From: Candidatus Eiseniibacteriota bacterium
GTDB taxonomy: Bacteria; Eisenbacteria; RBG-16-71-46; SZUA-252
Direction of reading: 5' to 3'
DNA length: 64,000 bases
Assembly (NCBI GenBank): GCA_963703225.1
Contig: OY969801.1
Location: forward strand, 2,592,001-2,656,000
Made by a program: the position numbers and the translations under genes. The number at the start of each line of letters is the position of its first letter. Position 1 is the stretch's first letter. The notes beneath the pieces were generated by a model. The model worked only from the letters and a program-made list of their open reading frames with translations. It had not been told where the DNA came from and searched no databases. Below are positions 18,678-28,032 of this stretch, piece by piece.

Positions 18678-19801
18678 GCCTTCGCCGGTTCGGCACGATC
18701 GCGTGGAAGGAATTCATCCAGATGCGCCGCGACCGCCCGACGCTCGGAATGATGCTCGGAATCCCCATCGTCCAGCTCCTGGTCTTCGGCTACGCGATCC
18801 GGATGGACGTGCGGCACCTGCCGATGGCGGTGCATGACGAGAGCCAGACGCAGGAGAGCCGCGATCTCGTGCGAAAGCTGGAGGCGACCGACAACTTCAC
18901 CGCCACCAAGGAGGCTCCCTCCTACGACGAGGCGGTTCGGATGATCGATCGGGGCGAGGTCCGCGCCGCGATCGTGATCCCCGAGGATTACGCCCGGAGG
19001 TTGAAGCGCGGCCGTCCGGCCACCGCCCAGCTGATCGTCGACGCATCCGATCCCAATTCGTCCCAGAGCGCGATCGCCGCGGGGCAGCTGGTGGGCGAGC
19101 GACAGAACATCGATCTGTTGATCGCGAGGGCCGGAGGCGCGGCGGGCTCCACCGCTCCCCCGCTCGAGGTGAGGGTCCGTCCCCTCTATAACCCGGCGCT
19201 CAAGAGCTCGATCTTCATCGTGCCGGGGATCATCGGGATGATTCTCTCCATCACCATGCTCATCATCACCTCGATGTCGATCGTGAGAGAGCGAGAGTTT
19301 GGCACGATGGAGCAGCTGATCGTCACGCCGGTCACACGGAGCGAGCTGATGCTGGGCAAGATTTCCCCCTACGTGCTGGTCGGCTACTTCCAGGTGACGG
19401 CCGTCCTCATCCTGGGCCGACTGATCTTCGGGATGCCGGTCGTGGGAAGCCTTCTCCTGGTCTACGGGATCACGTTCCTTTTCATCGTTGCCAACCTCGG
19501 GCTCGGCCTCTTCATCTCCACCCTGGTTCGCACGCAAGCCCAGGCCATGCAGGCCTCCTACTTCTTCGTCCTCCCCAACGTGCTCCTTTCGGGCTTCATG
19601 TTTCCCCGTGAAGGGATGCCCGCGATCGCCAGGGGAATCGGGCTCGCCTTTCCGCTGACATACTACCTGCAGAGCCTGCGGGCCATCTTGCTCAAGGGCT
19701 CCGGCGTCCTGGAGGTCCTCCCGCAGACGGGGATGCTCCTGGCGTTGGCTCTCCTCTTCTTCGGATTCAGCGTGAGGCGCTTCCGAAAGCAGCTGGAATA
19801 G
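18674..19801 (+). CDS. ABC-2 permease (YbhR/YbhS-like)
   Basis: KEFIQMRRD, YNP, REREFGTMEQLIVTP, LSGFMFP; ATGA overlap. Confidence 0.92.
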   Translation: MSLRRFGTIAWKEFIQMRRDRPTLGMMLGIPIVQLLVFGYAIRMDVRHLPMAVHDESQTQESRDLVRKLEATDNFTATKEAPSYDEAVRMIDRGEVRAAIVIPEDYARRLKRGRPATAQLIVDASDPNSSQSAIAAGQLVGERQNIDLLIARAGGAAGSTAPPLEVRVRPLYNPALKSSIFIVPGIIGMILSITMLIITSMSIVREREFGTMEQLIVTPVTRSELMLGKISPYVLVGYFQVTAVLILGRLIFGMPVVGSLLLVYGITFLFIVANLGLGLFISTLVRTQAQAMQASYFFVLPNVLLSGFMFPREGMPAIARGIGLAFPLTYYLQSLRAILLKGSGVLEVLPQTGMLLALALLFFGFSVRRFRKQLE

Positions 19802-19846
19802 GCGGGGTGCTCGGCCGGCAGGGCCGCGGGGCGCTCCCTCCCCTCG

Positions 19847-22542
19847 TCAGAGCGCGAGCCAGTAGGTCAATTTCACCGCGACGACGTTCTCGGGCTGGAT
19901 GTCGAAGAGCCCGTGCCAATCCCGCGAGAAGTCGAAGTCGCCGAACGGCTCGGTCGCCTCGCGCCCCTGTTGCCAGACGAAGAAGAGCGCGGACCCGGGG
20001 CGGTACTCCCATCGAAGGACCGCGTTTCCTCGAAGCGAGCGGAAGTTGAAGTCCGGATTCTGGACCACAAAGGAGGTGTCCGGTCCGGATCCGTCGGGAT
20101 CGATGGTGTAGTCACCCGACGCGTCGATCGTGCTCGTGCCCACGTGCTGGCCGTAGACGTTGAACTCGTAGGTGCTGGGCGCGCGCAGCTCCTTGATCTT
20201 CGAGTAGTCGCCGCTCGCGATGAGCGGCTGGAGATAGAGCTGGAGGCTGAGCGTGGGCGAAAAGGTCCAGTCGAGGCGGGTATCCAGCGAAAGCTGGACC
20301 TGGTCGAGCGTGGCGAACACGTACCGCGCGTCGTAGGTCGCGTCCGCGAAGGAGTCCGTCACGGTCTGCACGTACTGGGCATTATCGCTGTACTTTCGGT
20401 ACGCCGGCTCGAAGAGAAGCCGGAGCGCGCTCGTCGGACGGACCGAGAGCGAGGCGCTGAGCTGCCGCACCTGCCCGCCCGCTTCGTCCCATCCGCTGGC
20501 GCCGTTCAAGCTCAACCGATAGGTCTTGCGGGAGTCGGTGCTGACGCTCACGCGGAAGGTCATGCCCGACGGGAGGCGTGAGAGGGGTCCGCCGCGGGTC
20601 AGTCGGTCGTCGAGGTTCCCCGGGTAGACCTCCCCGCGGAGGGTGGCGTACCAGTAGTTGGATAGTTCCCCCTCGATGTGCCCGGCATATTCCACGTAGG
20701 TGTTGTCGCCGCCGTAGTTCCACGACCAATTCGAGAAGAGAAAGGTGTCCCAGTTTCGAATCGGTCCGTGTGGCCTGTCCTCCTTGTACATGCCGAGCCA
20801 GGACAGCCCCCTGCTGTCGGCGGCGTTCTGGAATCCGACGTCATTGATCTCGAACCCGGGGCTCCAGTCCTGATAGGTCAGCGACCCCAGGCCGTGCCTC
20901 CCCGCCACCTTGTTGATCGAGAAAAGCCCCGCGTACCCGGAAAGGCTCGTGCGGGTGGGGTCGTAGTGGAGGTGGGTCGCGTCGGGGCGCTGGTAGTAGC
21001 GCGCGCTGGACTGCTGGGTGGCGTCGATCGCGGTCGCGTTTCCCTGGACGGTGCTCCCCATGAGCATCGCGTCGATCGAATACCGGCGGCCGTTCCAGTA
21101 ATGATTCAGGTCGAGGCCGCCGGCCCACGCGCTCGAGCGAAGGAGATCTCGAAGCGCCGGGTCGGCCAGGTCGCGGTTCACGCCGGTCACGATTCCGCCC
21201 ACCACCGTGTTCCCGTGGCGATAGTCGCGCCGAAGGCGGCCGATGAAGTAGTTGGTGAGGGGCTCGACGGGTGTTTGGTGCTCGACGGCGAGCGTGTCGA
21301 TGTAATCCGCCCGCTCCAGGGGCGTCACCGCGTCGAGCGCCCCGATCGTCCAGCCGTTCGCGGTCTTGCCGGTCAATTTGGCCGCGGTCGTGATCGTGGT
21401 GCGGGCCGGGGAATCGACATACACATAGTCATCTCCCTCCGAGCGTCCGCTGCGGCGGGCGGCCGATCCGCCGCGCGTGGAACGGGAGGGTGGTGTTGAA
21501 ATTGTTGAAGCTCCGCGTTTCCCCAAAGCGAAATACGTCGGCCCCCTCGATGAAGAAGGGACGGCGCTCGGGGAAGAAGGTCTCGAACGCCGAGAGGTTG
21601 ACGACGGCGGGATCGACCTCCACCTCGCCGAAGTCCGGATTCACGGTCGCGTTCAAGGTCAGGTTGCTCGTCACGCCGTACTTGAGGTCCATCCCGGCGG
21701 CGGGGAACTGATCCTTGCCGTCGCGAAAGGGATCGCCTGGGTCGGTCTGCGTGTACTCGGAGCGAAGCCGGGCGTACGGCAGGAGCTCCAGGTGGCGCGC
21801 GGCGCGCAGGCTGCCCAGCCCGGTCAGGTGGCCGAAGCGGCTGACACCCGATTCCTCCTTCAGCGGGGTGAAGGAGAACTCCGACAGCTCCTGCCGCCGC
21901 TGGATCCAGCGGCGGATCTGGATTCCCCAGGTCGCGTCCTGTGGCGCCGTTGTAGTGGAGCTGGGAGAGGGGGATTTCCATCTCGGCGATCCACCCGAGG
22001 GAGTCGATCGTGGCATGGGCATGCCAGACCGGATCCCAGGAAAGATCCTGATTGCCGCTCGCGGCGATCGTCGCGTCGTCGATCGATCCGGAGGGGCCGA
22101 TGCGGAACACGACGCCGGTGGAGTGGTCGTGATACGGGTCCAGCAGGACCGCGAATAGGTCGGAATCAGACGAGCTGTTGAGTTCGTCCCTCCGCACCAA
22201 CCGCGAGCGGATCTTCGACGGCTCGCTGTCGAAGAGGCGCGCCCCGATGTAGAGGGCATCCTCGCTGATCAAGGCGCGCACCTCGGTCCGCTCCGAGGCG
22301 GGCTCCCCTTCCTTGGGTTGCCGCTGGGTGAAGTGATCGACCATGGCCGCGGCCTGCCAGGCCTCTTCATCGAGGTGACCGTCGACGCGAATGGTCCCGA
22401 TGAGGGGCGCGGCCCGAAGCACGGGTGCGTCGGCGTGGGTGTGGACGACCGCGGCGAGGGTATCGGCCGGCTGCGCTGGAGCCGGCGCCGGGAGGACGAC
22501 GCCGAGGGCCAGCGAGAGGCAAAGTGCCGCGAACCATCGCAT
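19847..22542 (-). pseudogene. DUF5916 / CBM9-like outer-membrane protein split by two apparent frameshifts (~21942, ~21440)
   Basis: Three overlapping ORFs join into one protein: signal peptide plus IRVDGHLDEEAW; NPDFGEVEVD...FFPERRPFF; beta-barrel C-terminus VLRWEYRPGS...KLTYWLAL. Confidence 0.8.
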
Positions 22543-22585
22543 GAGTCTTCCCGTGCTCAGGGTTGGGGGTGCCGGCTCCCAACCC

Positions 22586-22612
22586 TACGCATGGGCAGAG
22601 GGGAGGGTTTCA
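22586..22612 (-). promoter_or_regulatory. ECF-type promoter candidate for the DUF5916 gene
   Basis: TGAAAC-N17-CGTA on the minus strand, adjacent to a 9-bp hairpin AGGGTTGGG/CCCAACCCT (22559-22586). Confidence 0.5.
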
Positions 22613-22633
22613 TCCCATGGGGCCGACGATGCG

Positions 22634-24007
22634 TCAGATGGTCTGGGAGGTGTTTTGGTTGGAACGGGGGTGGGCGCCGGGGACCGGGCCGGGCGCCGAG
22701 GGCTCCTCCGCTTCGACAACCCAGCGGACCGACTTCGAGCAGGGACAGACGCCGCCGACCCGCTTCAGCTTGGGCATTTTCTTGATCGCCTGATCCACGG
22801 TGGTCCGGCCGGCCGCGACGTCCCTCAATGTCTCGATGTAGCTCTTCATGTCGCGGCTGTGAAGATAGGGCTCCGGGAGGGAGTCAATGAGATGGCGGAC
22901 GTACTCGTCGACGTCGGTGAATTCCTCGCCGTGCGTGCCCACCAGGGTGAACGCCGGCGTCCCCTTGCGCCGGAAGAAGCGCATGTCGGGCAACTCGATC
23001 AGATCCTCGTGGGAGATTCCCTCATGCCGCCCGCGGTCCGCCAAGAGCCGCGCCGCGATTCGCTCGGCTTCGTCCGGGCTCAACTGGGGCAGGCGAGCAC
23101 GGATAAAGCGCTGGTTTAGGTCCGCCACCATCTTCCGGCATTCCTCGTAATAGAGCGATTGGGCCTCCGCGTTCTTCATGTTCTTGAAGCCGAAGCGGAT
23201 GTTCGAATCGCCCCCCATCTCGTGGCCGAACATCTCCAGCCCGCGGGGCATCCACTTGTTGAACGATTTCTGGATCGCCGACATGGTGATCAGCTCGTTC
23301 CCCTGCGCGGCGCGCTGCACCCACCGCCGCATGGGGATCACGCCGGCGGCGAGGTGGAACGCCTCCTCGCGGAGCATCGGCGGCATCGATTGGGCGAAGG
23401 GCTTGTAGGCGCAGACTCGCTGCATGGCCAGCTGATACTTGCCGACGCGGTCGATCACCGCGGCGAAGACCACGTTGTCGACGAAGGAGTCATACTCGAG
23501 ATTGAAGGCGTCGAGCACGTGGGACCCGGTCTTCATCGACAGGATCTCCTCGATCATCGCCTCGGCCTTCTGCCCCGAGACGCCGCTCCAATCCTGGTCG
23601 ACCAAGAGATGGAACATCTGGTAGCCGTGGCGCAGCTCCTCGGCCATCACCCGGAGGACCCAAAAGCGATCCTCGTCGTCCGGGGCGCGGGCGAGCGTAC
23701 CCTCGTGCTGCTGGATCGATCCGAATTCGGTGGAGGCCTGCGCCCGGATGATCGCCAGGAGGTGCCCGGCGGGCTCCGCCCCCATCTCCGAGGGTTTCAT
23801 CATTCGGGCCTGACCCTTCTTGTCTCCCACCTCGATGGTATCCCCCATGCCCACTTCCATCTTGGCGCAGAGGCAGAATTCGGGATCGTTCGGGAAGTAT
23901 TTCTCCCAGTTTTCGGGCAGAAGGTCGTAGTCGGGAAAGTTGTGCCGCCGCCAGTGAAGTACCGCGTCGTGGAATTTCTTGGGAAGGGTGGTCTGCTCGA
24001 CGTTCAC
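22634..24007 (-). CDS. BoxB/PaaA-like diiron (ferritin-fold) aryl-CoA epoxidase homologue
   Basis: QASTE, EELRH, DRVGKYQL and MLREEAFH give the E/ExxH/D/ExxH ligand set; spacing resembles BoxB; GTGA overlap with the GNAT gene. Confidence 0.78.
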   Translation of the reverse strand: MNVEQTTLPKKFHDAVLHWRRHNFPDYDLLPENWEKYFPNDPEFCLCAKMEVGMGDTIEVGDKKGQARMMKPSEMGAEPAGHLLAIIRAQASTEFGSIQQHEGTLARAPDDEDRFWVLRVMAEELRHGYQMFHLLVDQDWSGVSGQKAEAMIEEILSMKTGSHVLDAFNLEYDSFVDNVVFAAVIDRVGKYQLAMQRVCAYKPFAQSMPPMLREEAFHLAAGVIPMRRWVQRAAQGNELITMSAIQKSFNKWMPRGLEMFGHEMGGDSNIRFGFKNMKNAEAQSLYYEECRKMVADLNQRFIRARLPQLSPDEAERIAARLLADRGRHEGISHEDLIELPDMRFFRRKGTPAFTLVGTHGEEFTDVDEYVRHLIDSLPEPYLHSRDMKSYIETLRDVAAGRTTVDQAIKKMPKLKRVGGVCPCSKSVRWVVEAEEPSAPGPVPGAHPRSNQNTSQTI

Positions 24008-24486
24008 TTGGATTGACCTGTCGGCCGCTTTGCCGGAGGAATCGGCATCTCGAGCGCCTGAAGGGCCGCGTCTTGGAAACCGACCGCGCGCAGGAACGAC
24101 GCGAGGTCGGAATCCTTCCGGTCGACCAACGTGCGGATCATGGCGACATCCCGGCCGGCCATCCGATCCTGCACCGCCTCGAAGAGCCGTCGTCCGATCG
24201 ACCGTCCCTGGTAATCGGGATCAACCCCAAAGCGCTCGATCCAGCCTGTGGTCTCCTCCAAACCGAATTCCCCGCCCCGGATGTCGGAGAACATGAAGCC
24301 AACGACCTTCCCTCCGATCTCAGCCACCGGACAGGAGTCGGGATCGCGTCTCAGGTAGTAGCCGACGCGCCGCTCCCAGACCTCGGGACGGTAAACCCCG
24401 GTCAGCCGCTCATCGATCGCGACAATGCGGGTGATGTCGAGCTCGCTCAACGGCCGGATCCGGATCTCCTGCGCGGTGGAAGTCAC
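24004..24486 (-). CDS. GNAT acetyltransferase
   Basis: VAEIGGKVVGF, GGEFG, motif A VDPDYQGRSIGRRL; TGnTATTCT 6 nt before GTG. Confidence 0.88.
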   Translation of the reverse strand: MTSTAQEIRIRPLSELDITRIVAIDERLTGVYRPEVWERRVGYYLRRDPDSCPVAEIGGKVVGFMFSDIRGGEFGLEETTGWIERFGVDPDYQGRSIGRRLFEAVQDRMAGRDVAMIRTLVDRKDSDLASFLRAVGFQDAALQALEMPIPPAKRPTGQSK

Positions 24487-24551
24487 GCGATTAGAATACC
24501 ATCGGGGCGGCTGACGGGCGAGGGTTTCGCGTACTAGGGCCTGGGATCTGC

Positions 24552-26099
<1,548 letters not shown>

Positions 26100-26254
26100 C
26101 GAGACGACTCTGACAGGGGAAGGGACAGGCGTCAATCCGGGCCCGAATCGGGCTTGTGCCCCACCACGGCATCGGATAAATTGCCACGGACCCAGGGACG
26201 GGCTTCCATCGGGAGCACGGCCAGGCTGTCGCCTTCTTTTCCAGGAGGATCCAC

Positions 26255-27691
26255 GTGCGCTCGACCCTCAGCCGCCTTCTCCTTTTCGCGGCAACTTTTG
26301 CCCTCATGATTCCCGCCGTCTCGTCGGCCGACGTTTCGTCGGCCTGGTTCGTTCCCGGAGCCGGTGTGGTTTGGCCGCCCGCCGAGTTCGGCACCAAAGA
26401 TGCCGTGCCCACCTTCGGCGGGATCCTGGGATTCAGGATCTCGCCCCCGTGGGCGATCGAGATTCGGGGCCACTACGCGAATCCCGACAGCGATGAAGTC
26501 GGCGGCGCCAAGACCCGCCTCGTCCACGCCGAGGGAAACGTCACATGGTTTTTCAAGACAGAGTCGGCGATCTCTCCGTACCTGACCGCTGGAGTCGGCG
26601 CGGCGCGGATCCACCGCGCGGGCGACACGAATGGAAAGTTCGCCTGGAACGCCGGCGCGGGCGTCCGTATCGCCATGTCGGAGCACATGTCGCTGCGGAT
26701 CGACGGTCGCGACGTGAGCTACGAGGTGCCCAACGCCGCCGGCGAGACAAGCTACCGCCCCGCACCGGAGATCTTCGGCGGCATCTCCTTCGGATTCGGC
26801 GGGAAGCCTTCCGATGAGGACGGCGACGGCGTCGCGAACAAGGGGGACAAGTGTCCTGCGACGCCCCATGGAGCCCGCGTCGACGCGACCGGCTGCCCGC
26901 TCGACGGCGACGGCGACGGGGTCTTCGACGGAATCGACCGCTGCGACGGGACGCCGGCCGGGGCGACGGTGGACGCCACCGGATGCCCGATGGACAGCGA
27001 CAAGGACGGCGTGTTTGACGGGATCGACACCTGCCCGGGGACGCTCGCAGGAGCGCGCGTCGACGCCGCGGGATGCCCGCTCGATTCGGACGCCGACGGG
27101 ATCTTTGACGGGCTCGACCAGTGCGAGGGAACGCCGCGAGGGTGCACCGTCAATGAGAACGGCTGCCAGAGCGATGCCGACCAGGACGGCGTCTGCGACG
27201 GCCTCGACAAGTGCCCGGACACGCAGGACAGCGTGCGCGTGGACGTGAATGGATGCCCGATCCAGGTGAGCGTGAAAGAAACGGAAATGATCGAGACCGG
27301 GATGATCCGCATTCAGGACATCAATTTCGAGACGGGAAAGGCCGTGATCAAGCAGGAGTCGTACAGGACCCTCGACGACGTCGGGAACATCTTGACCAAG
27401 TGGCCGCAGCTCCGCATCGAGATCGGCGGTCACACCGACGCGCGCGGAAGCGATGCCCTTAACCAGAAGCTGAGCGAGGCGCGCGCCAAGGCGGTGCTCG
27501 ACTACTTGACCAACAAGTTCCCCGAGCTCTCGGCGGCCCAGTTCACGACGGTCGGCTATGGCGAGCGTCAGCCGATCGCGACCAATAAGACGCCGCTCGG
27601 CATGGCGAAGAATCGCCGCGTCGAGTTCAAGGTCCTGAACAAGGAAGCGTTGAAGAAGCAGACGGAGAAGCAGCAGTACGTTCCGAAGTAA
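26255..27691 (+). CDS. OmpA-family protein: beta-barrel, TSP3-like repeats and peptidoglycan-binding domain
   Basis: AGGAGG SD; signal peptide; FETGKA, GHTD, NQKLSEARA, GYGE, NRRVE. Confidence 0.92.
   Translation: MRSTLSRLLLFAATFALMIPAVSSADVSSAWFVPGAGVVWPPAEFGTKDAVPTFGGILGFRISPPWAIEIRGHYANPDSDEVGGAKTRLVHAEGNVTWFFKTESAISPYLTAGVGAARIHRAGDTNGKFAWNAGAGVRIAMSEHMSLRIDGRDVSYEVPNAAGETSYRPAPEIFGGISFGFGGKPSDEDGDGVANKGDKCPATPHGARVDATGCPLDGDGDGVFDGIDRCDGTPAGATVDATGCPMDSDKDGVFDGIDTCPGTLAGARVDAAGCPLDSDADGIFDGLDQCEGTPRGCTVNENGCQSDADQDGVCDGLDKCPDTQDSVRVDVNGCPIQVSVKETEMIETGMIRIQDINFETGKAVIKQESYRTLDDVGNILTKWPQLRIEIGGHTDARGSDALNQKLSEARAKAVLDYLTNKFPELSAAQFTTVGYGERQPIATNKTPLGMAKNRRVEFKVLNKEALKKQTEKQQYVPK
26813..27262 (+). 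repeat. Five 90-bp (30-aa) thrombospondin type 3-like repeats
   Basis: DxDxDGVxDxxDxCxxTxxxxxVxxxGC x5 within the OmpA gene. Confidence 0.85.
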
Positions 27692-27745
27692 GGAGCAGGC
27701 TCCGCCGGGTCGGGACGGGGCATCGCGGGGAGGGGTCTAATCCTG

Positions 27746-27990
27746 GCCGGTGTGGGGTTGGTCGCGTCCGGGCCTCAGGGTTCGGGGCGGCCTTCCCCCA
27801 CTGGGCTCGGTGTTTAGCGAGAATGGCCGTCCCCACGAAAGCGGCGGGGTCCCGGGCTAAAGGTCAGGGACTCGATGGTCGATAGGTTCCGTTAGGCGAC
27901 TTCGCGCCCTGTGAGACGCGAAGGGCGTGCCTCGCCAAGGAAGGCGGGGATTGTGTGCAGGGGCCGCAGTGATGCGGCCCCATTTGTTTT
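27746..27990 (+). ncRNA. Candidate structured small RNA, family unassigned
   Basis: 24-bp irregular hairpin 27747-27804 with five G-U pairs on the + strand, further stems, a terminator, and an ECF-like GGGAC...GTCTAA just upstream. Confidence 0.4.
27960..27990 (+). terminator. Rho-independent terminator
   Basis: GGGGCCGCA-GTGA-TGCGGCCCC (9-bp stem, GNRA loop) followed by ATTTGTTTT. Confidence 0.8.
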
Positions 27991-28032
27991 GCCGTGGGGG
28001 GTGCTCGAGCGGGACGTTGAAGGGAGCCGCGC

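Noticed and set aside
21430..21950. Programmed frameshifting or phase variation in the DUF5916 gene
   Set aside because: No slippery heptamer or long homopolymer at either junction
26813..27262. Regularly spaced DNA repeats as a CRISPR array
   Set aside because: In-frame, degenerate 90-bp coding repeats of the OmpA protein with no unique spacers and no cas operon
27823..27885. Small ORF MAVPTKAAGSRAKGQGLDGR whose start resembles ribosomal protein L32
   Set aside because: Only 20 aa, no clear SD, and no further L32 features
27730..27900. c-di-GMP or c-di-AMP riboswitch, or a CsrB-like RNA, as the identity of the structured region
   Set aside because: Only fragments match (GAAA loop, GGGGTCTAATCC, one AAGGA loop); core conserved segments are missing and no same-strand gene follows
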